Below, in pieces: positions 1-13,597 of a stretch of DNA of 64,000 nucleotides. The notes under the pieces were generated by a model. The model was given only the letters and a program-made list of their open reading frames with translations, was not told where the DNA came from and did not search any database. The DNA is from Chrysomallon squamiferum (taxonomy: Eukaryota > Animalia > Mollusca): assembly GCA_012295275.1 (NCBI GenBank), contig CM022677.1, forward strand, positions 5,580,001-5,644,000, read 5' to 3'. Each line of letters begins with the position of its first letter. Position 1 is the stretch's first letter. The position numbers and the translations under genes are program-made.

Positions 1-3000
1 TTGGTAAGTAAACTGTGTGTACATTACATTTGTAATACATTTGTTACTATCAGATGTTTTACATCACACATCCAGTGCTAGTTAACAGACTCAGTGATTG
101 GTAAGTAAACTGTGTGTACATTACATTTGTAATACATTTGTTACTATCAGATGTTTTACATCACACATCCAGTGCTAGTTAACAGATTGAGTGATTGGTA
201 AGTAAACTGTGTGTACATTACATTTTAATACATTTGTAATTTGTTACTATCAGATGTTTTACATCACACATCCAGTGCTAGTTAACAGACTCAGTGATTG
301 GTAAGTAAACTGTGTGTACATTACATTTGTAATATTTGTTACTATCAGATGTTTTACATCACACATCCAGTGCTAGTTAACAGACTCAGTGATTGGTAAG
401 TAAACTGTGTGTACATTACATTTGTAATACTATCAGATGTTTTACATCACACATCCAGTGCTAGTTAACAGACTCAGTGATTGGTAAGTAAACTGTGTGT
501 ACATTACATTTCTGTTACTATCAGATGTTTTACATCACACATCCAGTGCTAGTTAACAGACTCAGTGATTGATTGGTAAGTAAACTGTGTACATTACATT
601 TGTACATTTGTAACTGTTACTATCAGATGTTTTACATCACACATCCAGTGCTAGTTAACAGACTCAGTGATTGGTAAGTAAACTGTGTGTACATTACATT
701 TGTAATACATTTGTAATACTATCAGATGTTTTACATCACACATCCAGTGCTAGTTAACAGACTGAGTGATTGGTAAGTAAACTGTGTGTACATTACATTT
801 GTAATACATTTGTTACTATCAGATGTTTTACATCACACATCCAGTGCTAGTTAACAGACTCAGTGATTGGTAAGTAAACTGTGTGTACATTACATTTTTG
901 TAAACTGTGTTACATTTGTAATATCAGATGTTTTACATCACACATCCAGTGCTAGTTAACAGACTGAGTGAGTGATTGGTAAGTAAACTGTGTGTACATT
1001 ACATTTGTAATACTGTTACTATTCAGATGTTTTACATCACACATCCAGTGCTAGTTAACAGACTCAGTGATTGGTAAGTAAACTGTGTGTACATTACATT
1101 TGTAATACTATCAGATGTTTTACATCACACATCCAGTGCTAGTTAACAGACTCAGTGATTGGTAAGTAAACTGTGTGTACATTACATTTGTAATACATTT
1201 GTTACTATCAGATGTTTTACATCACACATCCAGTGCTAGTTAACAGACTCAGTGATTGGTAAGTAAACTGTGTGTACATTACATTTGTAATACATTTGTT
1301 ACTATCAGATGTTTTACATCACACATCCAGTGCTAGTTAACAGACTCAGTGATTGGTAAGTAAACTGTGTGTACATTACATTTGTAATACATTTGTTACT
1401 ATCAGATGTTTTACATCACACATCCAGTGCTAGTTAACAGACTCAGTGATTGGTAAGTAAACTGTGTGTACATTACATTTGTAATACTGTTACTATCAGA
1501 TGTTTTACATCACACATCCAGTGCTAGTTAACAGACTCAGTGATTGGTAAGTAAACTGTGTGTACATTACATTTGTAATACTATCAGATGTTTTACATCA
1601 CACATCCAGTGCTAGTTAACAGACTGAGTGATTGGTAAGTAAACTGTGTGTACATTACATTTGTAATACTGTTACTATCAGATGTTTTACATCACACATC
1701 CAGTGCTAGTTAACAGACTCAGTGATTGATTGGTAAGTAAACTGTGTACATTACATTTTGTGTACATTACATACTGTTACTATCAGATGTTTTACATCAC
1801 ACATCCAGTGCTAGTTAACAGACTGAGTGATTGGTAAGTAAACTGTGTGTACATTACATTTGTAATACTGTTACTATCAGATGTTTTACATCACACATCC
1901 AGTGCTAGTTAACAGACTCAGTGATTGGTAAGTAAACTGTGTGTACATTACATTTGTAATTTGTTACTATCAGATGTTTTACATCACACATCCAGTGCTA
2001 GTTAACAGACTCAGTGATTGGTAAGTAAACTGTGTGTACATTACATTTGTAATACTTTCAGATGTTTTACATCACACATCCAGTGCTAGTTAACAGACTC
2101 AGTGATTGGTAAGTAAACTGTGTGTACATTACATTTTAGTAATACTATCAGATGTTTTACATCACACATCCAGTGCTAGTTAACAGACTCAGTGATTGGT
2201 AAGTAAACTGTGTGTACATTACATTTGTAATACTATCAGATGTTTTACATCACACATCCAGTGCTAGTTAACAGACTCAGTGATTGGTAAGTAAACTGTG
2301 TGTACATTACATTTGTAATACTGTTACTATCAGATGTTTTACATCACACATCCAGTGCTAGTTAACAGACTCAGTGATTGGTAAGTAAACTGTGTGTACA
2401 TTACATTTGTAATACTATCAGATGTTTTACATCACACATCCAGTGCTAGTTAACAGACTCAGTGATTGGTAAGTAAACTGTGTGTACATTACATTTGTAA
2501 TACTATCAGATGTTTTACATCACACATCCAGTGCTAGTTAACAGACTCAGTGATTGGTAAGTAAACTGTGTGTACATTACATTTGTAATACTGTTACTAT
2601 CAGATGTTTTACATCACACATCCAGTGCTAGTTAACAGACTCAGTGATTGGTAAGTAAACTGCTAGTTAACAGACTCAGTGATTGGTAAGTAAACTGTGT
2701 GTACATTACATTTGTAATACATTTGTTACTATCAGATGTTTTACATCACACATCCAGTGCTAGTTAACAGACTCAGTGATTGGTAAGTAAACTGTGTGTA
2801 CATTACATTTGTAATACTGTTACTATCAGATGTTTTACATCACACATCCAGTGCTAGTTAACAGACTCAGTGATTGGTAAGTAAATTGTACATTACATGT
2901 ACTGTGATGTACATTACATTGTGTACATTACATTTGTTTGTGTTACTATCAGATGTTTTACATCACACATCCAGTGCTAGTTAACAGACTCAGTGATTGG

Positions 3001-5997
3001 TAAGTAAACTGTGTGTACATTACATACTGTTACTATCAGATGTTTTACATCACACATCCAGTGCTAGTTAACAGACTCAGTGATTGGTAAGTAAACTGTG
3101 TGTACATTACATTTGTAATACTATCAGATGTTTTACATCACACATCCAGTGCTAGTTAACAGACTGAGTGATTGGTAAGTAAACTGTGTGTACATTACAT
3201 TTGTAATACTGTTACTATCAGATGTTTTACATCACACATCCAGTGCTAGTTAACAGACTCAGTGATTGGTAAGTAAACTGTGTGTACATTACATTTGTAA
3301 TACTATCAGATGTTTTACATCACACATCCAGTGCTAGTTAACAGACTCAGTGATTGGTAAGTAAACTGTGTGTACATTACATTTGTAATACTATCAGATG
3401 TTTTACATCACACATCCAGTGCTAGTTAACAGACTCAGTGATTGGTAAGTAAACTGTGTGTACATTACATTTGTAATACTATCAGATGTTTTACATCACA
3501 CATCCAGTGCTAGTTAACAGACTCAGTGATTGGTAAGTAAACTGTGTGTACATTACATTTGTAATATTTGTAAGTGATTACATTTGTAATTGTTTTACAT
3601 CACACATCCAGTGCTAGTTAACAGACTCAGTGATTGGTAAGTAAACTGTGTGTACATTACATTTGTTACTATCAGATGTTTTACATCACACATCCAGTGC
3701 TAGTTAACAGACTCAGTGATTGGTAAGTAAACTGTGTGTACATTACATTTGTAATACTATCAGATGTTTTACATCACACATCCAGTGCTAGTTAACAGAC
3801 TCAGTGATTGGTAAGTAAACTGTGTGTACATTACATTTGTAATACATTTGTTACTATCAGATGTTTTACATCACACATCCAGTGCTAGTTAACAGACTGA
3901 GTGATTGGTAAGTAAACTGTGTGTACATTACATTTGTAATACATTTGTTACTATCAGATGTTTTACATCACACATCCAGTGCTAGTTAACAGACTCAGTG
4001 ATTGGTAAGTAAACTGTGTGTACATTACATTTGTAATACTATCAGATGATGTTTTACATCACACATCCAGTGCTAGTTAACAGACTCAGTGATTGGTAAG
4101 TAAACTGTGTGTACATTACATTTGTAATACTGTTACTATCAGATGTTTTACATCACACATCCAGTGCTAGTTAACAGACTCAGTGATTGGTAAGTAAACT
4201 GTGTGTACATTACATTTGTAATACTATCAGATGTTTTACATCACACATCCAGTGCTAGTTAACAGACTCAGTGATTGGTAAGTAAACTGTGTGTACATTA
4301 CATTTGTAATACTATCAGATGTTTTACATCACACATCCAGTGCTAGTTAACAGACTCAGTGATTGGTAAGTAAACTGTGTGTACATTACATTTGTAATAC
4401 TGTATCAGATATCAGATGTTTTACATCACACATCCAGTGCTAGTTAACAGACTCAGTGATTGGTGGTAAACTGTGTGTACATTACATTTGTAAACTGTTG
4501 TGATGTTTTACATTACAGTTAACAGACTTTGGTAAGTAAACTGTGTGTACATTACATTTGTAATACTATCAGATGTTTTACATCACACATCCAGTGCTAG
4601 TTAACAGACTGAGTGATTGGTAAGTAAACTGTGTGTACATTACATTTGTAATACTATCAGATGTTTTACATCACACATCCAGTGCTAGTTAACAGACTGA
4701 GTGATTGGTAAGTAAACTGTGTGTACATTACATTTGTAATACTGTTACTATCAGATGTTTTACATCACACATCCAGTGCTAGTTAACAGACTCAGTGATT
4801 GGTAAGTAAACTGTGTGTACATTACATTTGTAATACTATCAGATGTTTTACATCACACATCCAGTGCTAGTTAACAGACTCAGTGATTGGTAAGTAAACT
4901 GTGTGTACATTACATTTTACAGATTTGTAGTTAACAGATTTGTTACTATCAGATGTTTTACATCACACATCCAGTGCTAGTTAACAGACTCAGTGATTGG
5001 TAAGTAAACTGTGTGTACATTACATTTGTAATACATTTGTTACTATCAGATGTTTTACATCACACATCCAGTGCTAGTTAACAGACTCAGTGATTGGTAA
5101 GTAAACTTGTGTACATTACATTTGTAATATTTGTTACTATCAGATGTTTTACATCACACATCCAGTGCTAGTTAACAGACTCAGTGATTGGTAAGTAAAC
5201 TGTGTGTACATTACATTTGTAATAATTTGTTACTATCAGATGTTTTACATCACACATCCAGTGCTAGTTAACAGACTCAGTGATTGGTAAGTAAACTGTG
5301 TGTACATTACATTTGTAATACATTTGTTACTATCAGATGTTTTACATCACACATCCAGTGCTAGTTAACAGACTCAGTGATTGGTAAGTAAACTGTGTGT
5401 ACATTACATTTGTAATACATTTGTTACTATCAGATGTTTTACATCACACATCCAGTGCTAGTTAACAGACTGAGTGATTGGTAAGTAAACTGTGTACATT
5501 ACATTTGTAATACTATCAGATGTTTTACATCACACATCCAGTGCTAGTTAACAGACTGAGTGATTGGTAAGTAAACTGTGTGTACATTACATTTGTAATA
5601 CTATCAGATGTTTTACATCACACATCCAGTGCTAGTTAACAGACTCAGTGATTGGTAAGTAAACTGTGTGTACATTACATTTGTAATACTATTACTATTT
5701 GATGTTTTACTATCAGATGTTTTACATCACACATCCAGTGCTAGTTAACAGACTCACACATCCAGTGCTAGTTAACAGATCAGTGGTAAGTAAACTGTGT
5801 GTACATTACATTTGTAACTGTTACTATCAGATGTTTTACATCACACATCCAGTGCTAGTTAACAGACTGAGTGATTGGTAAGTAAACTGTGTGTACATTA
5901 CATTTGTAATACTATCAGATGTTTTACATCACACATCCAGTGCTAGTTAACAGACTCAGTGATTGGTAAGTAAACTGTGTGTACATTACATTTGTAA
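1..5997. repeat. Satellite A: ~96-104 bp tandem array, roughly 60 copies, open at the window start
   Basis: Unit TTGGTAAGTAAACTGTGTGTACATTACATTTGTAATAC(ATTTGTTAC/TGTTAC)TATCAGATGTTTTACATCACACATCCAGTGCTAGTTAACAGACTCAGTGA repeats continuously; length variation is confined mostly to the TGTAATAC..TTAC segment. Confidence 0.98.
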
Positions 5998-6036
5998 TGC
6001 TAACATTTGTTTTGTTTGTAATGTTTTATTTTTCAG

Positions 6037-6181
6037 ACACAAGCTGGTTGCTCTACACAGAGTACAGAAATCTAAACACAGCAAATTCTCACACAACAGA
6101 GCAGAGAAATCAGAGGAGAGTTACAGTTGACTGTCAGATGTTTCACATCACCCATCATTAGTTTAACAGGCTGCTTGACTG
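6037..6181 (+). pseudogene. Splice-site-bounded exon of a decayed or non-coding multi-exon locus (copy at 17011-17157)
   Basis: TTTTATTTTTCAG|ACACAAG...GACTG|GTAAAT; locally GC-richer than flanks; no product recognised; the two copies differ by a 2-nt indel. Confidence 0.45.
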
Positions 6182-7659
6182 GTAAATAAGTGTGAACTTG
6201 TTTCTCAGACCTTTCAGTTACCATGAAGTTCACAAAAATAGTTTTCTGATTACAAGTGAAAAATAATTTGAAAATGTCTTCTTCAGATGACAAACATTAT
6301 CGTTATTTTTGATAATGAATGTGTGACAGAAAAAACATCAACATTTTCACTGTTAATTAAGACAGCCGTTTGTGTTTTCAGTTTTCAGTAACAGACTGCA
6401 GAAATCAAGACTGATATTACAATCTGTTACTTCTCATCTCAACTTTCTACTGTTAAGTCTCAACACATCTCATTTCAATTACATCTAGTCTTCATTTTAC
6501 ATGTCAAATTGTATAGTCTTCATTTCCAGGTAAATATTTATAATCAAGGACATTTCAAATATAATTTATATAACTCTGAATATTATTTATATTTTAATTA
6601 TAAGTTTTACATTTTTTTTTCTTCAGGGTTCTTTATCATGAGCTTGTTTTGAGAAAGAAATAATACACTGAGAAGTGGCTTTGATTCTAAATGACTTGTC
6701 AAGTTTGACTCCAAGCTTTTAAAGTTGTCTGATGATCCTGAACTAAGCAAACAGAAGATAAACATCTCAAACACAAATATGAAGAACTGAATGCTTGGAG
6801 AATATTGAAATATTATAGAAAGTTCAACACCAAAATAACATTTCAAGAACTGTTACTTGTGTGAAACACTACTACACTTATTGAAGAATTTAAAAACTGT
6901 GAATATAGACTCAAAGTCATGTAATCAGATGTAGATCAGTACACAGAATGCTTGGATCAGACACAGGACCAATTAGTCAAGTGATAAACAGAAATTATTT
7001 TTTTTTAAATTGATTGATGTTAGAATCCTTGATGACTGTGTTAAAAAAGCCACACATTTTAGATCAAAAAGTGTTTGGTTCAAGGGAGATAATTTTTTAA
7101 TTTATTTATTTATTTTATTTTATTTCCTTTTTAATAATATTTGAAAGAATAATGTACTTAATCATCTATCAAAACATAAGATACCAAGACTTCTGGTAAA
7201 GATTTACCCAATAAAAGTGTGTTAATAAAATATAAAACATAAAATGGAAGGAAATATGTAAACCTGAATGTATCGTGTATTCGTTGTATAGAAGATGAAA
7301 TTAGTCACAACATGCTGTGAAGATTGGGAAAAAAGTGCTGACTACAGCACTGCAAGAAGACAGCAATTATTGTATTCTCTTTTCTGCAAACACAGAATGT
7401 TTTCCAACTCTCAGCCAAATAAACACTGTCTGAGAGTTGGAAGCTTTTTTCAGTGTGTGCAGCATTTTTAAATAATTGATAGTCTGTTCTCTATTCAACA
7501 CAGGAATGCTAATGATCACAATGTGACAGGTGTTTTTTTTTTCTCTATATATGTATGTGTGTTTTAAGCAGTAGGATGTAAATTATGACTGAGATAGAAA
7601 TCTACTGTATGTCTGATTTCGTAGCCCTGTGATTGTTTCATGCTTTATCTTGGTGTGTG

Positions 7660-8190
7660 TTTCCTAATAATATAAACAGGCGCCTGGCACTGCGACTAAC
7701 ATCTTCATGGATGTCAACTTCTCCAAGGCTCCAGCTCAGTTCTGCCAGGTTTATGTGCTTCGTGTTCCTTTGCGTGACGTTGGAATGACGTGTGTTTACG
7801 CGCTGCTGCAGAACAAGTCCAGTTCTGTGTACGATGAACTGTTTCAAGCGGTTGTGGACAAGAGTGAGGAGTACGGACACGAGGCCACTCTCATTGTCGG
7901 CCACCAAACGAACAACAGTGCTGAATGGTGGAACAATAAGATTTTCAGCTTGGTCGACCATCATCATCTTCTGTCTGGAAAGTTGTCCAGTTGTTCCAGC
8001 GTGAAGAATCCACTGTATGCACCGTTATTCAACAGGATGCAGTTTGTAACCCCCCGAAGAACAAAGGTCATATTAGCCTTCAGAGGAGACTCAAATCCTT
8101 GAGCCAGAACCGTGTCAATAGTTCCAAGTCCATTCCTGAGTTTTTGGTTGGAGTCAGACACAACATTCCTATTACCAAGAGCTTATGACC
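7660..8190 (+). mobile_element. MULE/Mutator-family transposase remnant, internally deleted and frameshifted
   Basis: MDVNFSKAPAQFCQVYVLRVPL..TCVYALLQNKSSSVYDELF resembles the MULE N-catalytic block (MDGTF..P..F.QLY.I....CVYALLP.K....Y); HQTNNSAEWWNNK resembles RTNN..EGWNN; C-terminal LQRRLKSL..SIPEFLVGVRHNI continues in another frame. The central CxxH region is absent. Confidence 0.85.
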
Positions 8191-8327
8191 TAAATGATAC
8201 AAAGAAATTCATATATGAGAATAAATTTGTTGTGAATGAAACTGTTTCTTTCTTTCCATTTCCTGTTTTCCTAGCCTAACATTGTTTCTTTTTTTTACTG
8301 TTTCTTTTCTGTTTCTTTTCCGTTTAC

Positions 8328-8492
8328 CGTTTAATTTAGACAAATATAGCGTTGTGTAACATTTGAACAGTTTAATTTAGACAAACATCGCGTTGTGTAA
8401 CATTTGAACAGTTTAATTTAGACAAACATCGCGTTGTGTAACATTTGAACCGTTTAATTTAGACAAACATCGCGTTGTGTAACATTTGAACG
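8328..8492. repeat. 41-bp minisatellite x4, followed by TTAGGG-like degenerate motifs (8498-8540); likely subterminal part of the MULE derivative
   Basis: CGTTTAATTTAGACAAACATCGCGTTGTGTAACATTTGAAC repeated; only about 2 copies in the duplicate (19885-19965). Confidence 0.85.
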
Positions 8493-9337
8493 GCTTCTTA
8501 GGGTTAGATTATTTTTCATTTTAGGGTTCGGGTTTAGAGCGCTGAATAGAGTGGTAAACATCTCAAAGTACTCAGTGTAATGGATTAGAGACAAAGCGAG
8601 CGTAGTTAGAAAAACATTGAATCACTGTCTTTAGCTGCTGAGCTGGCAAAATCTGCTGAGAAAAAAAAAACAATCTCACTGATTTGACTAATCTAATAAT
8701 TTCAGGAGGACTGTGAAAGCAAAACAACTTGAAACTCAGGTCCTAATATGCAAAATAACAAAATTGATAGAGAAATGCAACTGGTAATTCAGGCAACAAA
8801 CCCATAAGGATTAGGATTTGGGGCATTTTAAAGGTATGGGTGGTTAACTGAATAAGAAGAAATGAATACGACAGGACAACTTTTTGTTAACAATACTTCT
8901 GTATTCATATTTCTCTCAATCTGCTTACATGTCATCATCTCATGTCCACACCAAAAATAAAAATGCATTTAAAACGCGAAAATAAATTACATTAGTTTTG
9001 TCTTTACTAGTAATCCTACCTGAATACTATGCAGCTTCGTCGAGGGAAACGTTTTGACTGTGACAAACATATCTAAAACTGTGAAAACAACCCAACTTTG
9101 TTGTGATTGAGTTTGTTTGGAAATGGTTTTGGAAATTTGGATTTGTGGGCTATGGAAGGTTTTGAAAATACAGTGGTTGTGGTGATGGCAGTAGTAATAG
9201 CAATAATAGTAATAATAAAGTAGTTGCAGCAATATCATCCGTAACGGTAGTAGTAGTAGTAGCATAAGCGGTATTAGTGATAGTTATATTGGTAGTGGCA
9301 CTACTAGTAGCAGTAGTTGTTGTAGTAGTAGTAATGG

Positions 9338-9587
9338 ACTGAACTTCCTTTATCTTGAAATGGGTTTTTTTAAATCAAAAACTCTTTTAGATCAACCGAG
9401 ACATCATTATTTATAGTTTGTGGGCGGTTTTCCGTGAATACACCAAATAATTTGATAATATTATTATTAAGCCATCTCGATGTATCGCTACGTTGAAAAA
9501 ATAAAATAAAAAGTAAAAATAAAAATAAATAAATAAATAAATAAATAAAACCCATACAATTCAAATTTCGAGATAATACCGGCCCCA
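9338..9587. mobile_element. Possible MITE remnant with imperfect TIRs (copy at ~20800-21047)
   Basis: TTATCTTGAAA..TGGGTTTT near 9349 is the inverted complement of AAAACCCA..TTTCGAGATAA near 9547-9576; satellite B begins immediately afterwards. Confidence 0.4.
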
Positions 9588-9589
9588 AG

Positions 9590-11783
9590 ATAAGATATGC
9601 TCATTGAACAGTAACAGAAGTATGAGTTTAAAATAAGATATGCTCACTGAACAGTAACAGAAGTATGAGTTTAAAATGAGATATGCTCACTGAACAGTAA
9701 CAGAAGTATGAGTTTAAAATAAGATATGCTCACTGAACAGTAACAGAAGTATGAGTTTAAAATGAGATATGCTCATTGAACAGTAATAGAAGTATGAGTT
9801 TAAAATGAGATATGCTCATTGAACAGTAACAGAAGTATGAGTTTAAAATAAGATATGCTCACTGAACAGTAACAGAAGTATGAGTTTAAAATGAGATATG
9901 CTCATTGAACAGTAACAGAAGTATGAGTTTAAAATAAGATATGCTCACTGAACAGTAACAGAAGTATGAGTTTAAAATAAGATATGCTCATTGAACAGTA
10001 ACAGAAGTATGAGTTTAAAATAAGATATGCTCACTGAACAGTAACAGAAGTATGAGTTTAAAATAAGATATGCTCACTGAACAGTAACAGAAGTATGAGT
10101 TTAAAATGAGATATGCTCATTGAACAGTAACAGAAGTATGAGTTTAAAATAAGATATGCTCACTGAACAGTAACAGAAGTATGAGTTTAAAATGAGATAT
10201 GCTCACTGAACAGTAACAGAAGTATGAGTTTAAAATGAGATATGCTCACTGAACAGTAACAGAAGTATGAGTTTAAAATGAGATATGCTCACTGAACAGT
10301 AATAGAACAGTGAAAATCAGAAGTATGAGTTTAAAATGAGATATGCTCATTGAACAGTAACAGAAGCATGAGTTTAACATGAGATATGCTCACTGAACAG
10401 TAACAGAAGTAGAGTTTAAAATGAGATATCCCTCACCGAACAGCAACAGAAGCATGAGCTTAACATGAGATATGCTCACCGAACAGTAACAGAAGTATGA
10501 TTTGAACATGAGATATGCCTCACTGAACAGCAACAGAAGTATGAGCTTAACATGAGATATGCCTCATTGAACAGCAACAGAAGTAGGAGTTTAAAATGAG
10601 ATACGCCCACCGAACAGCAATGGCAGCTAGGAGCGGAATAAAATGAGATATGCCTCACCGAACAGCAACAGAAGCAGGGAGTTTAAATGAGATATGCTCA
10701 CTGGAACAAAAAATAGAAGTAGGAGCTTAACATGAGATATGCCTACTGAACAGTAACAGAAGTATGAGTTTAAAAACGAGATATGCTCACTGAACAGTAA
10801 ATACAGGAAGTAGGAGTTTAAAATGAGATATGCTCACTGAACAGTAACAGAAGCATGAGTTTACGAGAAGCTCATGAGTTTATGAGCTTTAACATGAGAT
10901 ATGCCTCACTGAACAATAACAGAAGTAAGGAGAGTTTAAAATGAGATATGCCTACTCGAACAGTAACAGAAGTATGAGTTTCAATACGAGATATGCTCAC
11001 TGAACAGTAACAGAAGTATGAGTTTAACATGAGATATGCTCACTGAACAGTAATAGAAGTATGAGTTTAAAATGAGATATGCTCACTGAACAGTAATAGA
11101 AGTATGGAGTTTAACATAGAGATATGCTCACTGAACAATAGAAGTATAGGTTTAACATGAGATATGCTCACTGAACAGTAATAAGTATGAGTTTAACATG
11201 CATTATACTCACTGAACAGTAATAGAAGTATGAGTTTAAAATGAGATGCTCACTGAACAGTAATGAAGTATGAGTTTAAAACCAGAACAGTAATAGAAGT
11301 ATGAGTTTAAAATGAGATATGCTCACTGAACAGTAATAGAAGTATGAGTTTAAAAATGAGATATGCTCACTGAACAGTAATAGAAGCATGAGTTTAAAAA
11401 TGAGATATGCTCACTGAACAGTATGAGTTTAAAATGAGAAGTATGAACAGTTTAAAAATGAGATATGCTCACTGAACAGTAACAGAAGTATGAGTTTAAA
11501 ATGAGATATGCTCACTGAACAGTAATAGAAGTATGAGTTTAAAATGAGATATGCTCACTGAACAGTAACAGAAGTATGAGTTTAAAATGAGATATGCTCA
11601 CTGAACAGTAATAGAAGTATGAGTTTAAAATGAGATATGCTCACTGAACAGTAACAGAAGTATGAGTTTAAAATGAGATATGCTCACTGAACAGTAACAG
11701 AAGTATGAGTTTAAAATGAGATATGCTCATTGAACAGCAACAGAAGCATGAGTTTAAAATGAGATATGCTCACTGAACAGTAA
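9590..11783. repeat. Satellite B: 43-bp tandem array, about 50 copies, running into a gap
   Basis: Unit AGATATGCTCACTGAACAGTAACAGAAGTATGAGTTTAAAATG; period 43 (9601 to 9644). Confidence 0.98.
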
Positions 11784-11983
11784 NNNNNNNNNNNNNNNNN
11801 NNNNNNNNNNNNNNNNNNNNNNNNNNNNNNNNNNNNNNNNNNNNNNNNNNNNNNNNNNNNNNNNNNNNNNNNNNNNNNNNNNNNNNNNNNNNNNNNNNNN
11901 NNNNNNNNNNNNNNNNNNNNNNNNNNNNNNNNNNNNNNNNNNNNNNNNNNNNNNNNNNNNNNNNNNNNNNNNNNNNNNNNNNN
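11784..11983. other. Assembly gap (~200 N)
   Basis: Run of N. Confidence 0.99.
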
Positions 11984-13597
11984 CATTCTAGTGTTACTGT
12001 TTGGGGTAGCAACCAAGCAAGTCTGTTGTGTGTGTTTTCTTTTATTCTTATTTATTCTTTTTCTCCTCAGTTTTCTTTTATTTCATTCATATTGGTCTCT
12101 ACTGTTTTAAAGGATTTCTGTCCCAGGTAGTATGTGATTGAGCATGTCCTCTTTGAATATTTAATATTTTGTGTATTTTGTAATAGTTGTAGTCACAATT
12201 ATTGTCATGCTGTCATTATTGTAAGTTTTGTTTTCAATATGAATCATGGAACTGAATTATGGAAACAATGCACTACTGAAATTTGAATAAAAATGTTACG
12301 GTACTTTTGAACTGAATAGTTTGTTGTGTTAACATACAGACAGACAATGTTGAGGTAGACATATTTACACCAGAAACATTAAAACTTAGGTATTGCTGTA
12401 TATGATTTTAACATTTTATTTTATTTTGTTTTATTTGTAATACAACAACATAACCACTGAACTGAACTGAACTGTTAGTGCTGACAAGTGCCCTGTGGTA
12501 CAGGACTAGTTCACTGTTATCTTTTGACTGCATACATTATCATCTGGGTAAAAGGGCAGTTAATGAGTACCAGGACATAGATCCTAATTAGTATACATCA
12601 ACAAGTCCTGTGACATACAATTCATTTTAGGACCATTTATAAAAGTTTATCTAGATCCCAGGCCATAACTGTATGACTTGGCAAGTGTGACACCCAAATC
12701 TGTGATTCATTTCTTCTGGTTTGAAAAGGCAGGATGCACTAAATCAAAATTAACAGCATAAAATATGTGTTCTCTTGTATGATGCCTATTTATTTTAAAA
12801 AATAAATAAATAAATTGATTCTTATTTAAGTATAATATTACAACAAAACTCACACAGATGTCTTTGAATGATTATACAGTATGTCATGAATAAAATTACA
12901 TTTCATATTCTGTACTTCTGTCAGTTTCTTGTGCTTCTTTTTCTCTTGCTTCCACCTCAACGTATTCCTTAAAAGGGTGTTGACTTCCATTTTTGCACAT
13001 TAAAATATATTAAATTAAAATTCACATGGTAATATTTGTTTTAATGAGTTTTTAAAAATTATTTTTATTTATTTATTTATTTATTTATTTATTTTTGGTT
13101 TGTTTGTGTTGTTTAGGGGAGGGTTGTTGAATATTTTGTTGTTTTTCTTTTAATTTAATTTAATTTAATTTAACTGAATTTAATTGAATTTTAAATTTGT
13201 ATTTGTCTGTGTTTGTCATAAATTTAAATTTAATATAGATTAAAGTAATTAACTGGTGTCATGTACCTTGTTTTTTACCTGCTTGAGAAATGTCCATTTT
13301 GTTTTTCTTTTTAGCTTGCTATTAGATATCCTGGGTGAGTTCCCTCCTGTTTTGAATTATTTTATTATTAATATTATTTTTCTTATGTCATGTTTCTTCA
13401 TAAATAATTGCTTTTCAAAATTATTGAAATTTTAAATAACAACTAAATAATGTAGAGATTGAACAATTCTTAACATAATTTTTGTTCAATCAATTAGTCT
13501 AGATATCTTTTTCATATCATCAGCAATAACTGTTTATCTATATAACTAGTGGCAAATTAAAACATGTAAAACAAAATTCTGTTTTTTTTCCCTACAG

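Larger units (their letters stand above)
5940..11783 (+). repeat. Segmental duplication I, copy 1 (paralogous or allelic to ~16880-21913)
   Basis: Collinear high identity by eye: exon 6037-6181 = 17011-17157; MULE fragment 7660-8190 = 19200-19740; 41-bp repeats; satellite B start 9590 = 21050. Copy 1 lacks about 18211-18770. Confidence 0.93.

Noticed and set aside
1-5997. CRISPR-like array (constant repeat with a variable segment)
   Set aside because: Variable parts are slippage variants of the same sequence, not unique spacers; eukaryotic context; no cas genes.
8498-8540. True telomere or fusion site (also 40510-40815)
   Set aside because: Only a few degenerate TTAGGG units, associated with transposon remnants.
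10400-11460. Hypervariable zone within satellite B
   Set aside because: Scattered single-base indels near a contig end look like poor consensus; cannot be distinguished from biology without reads.
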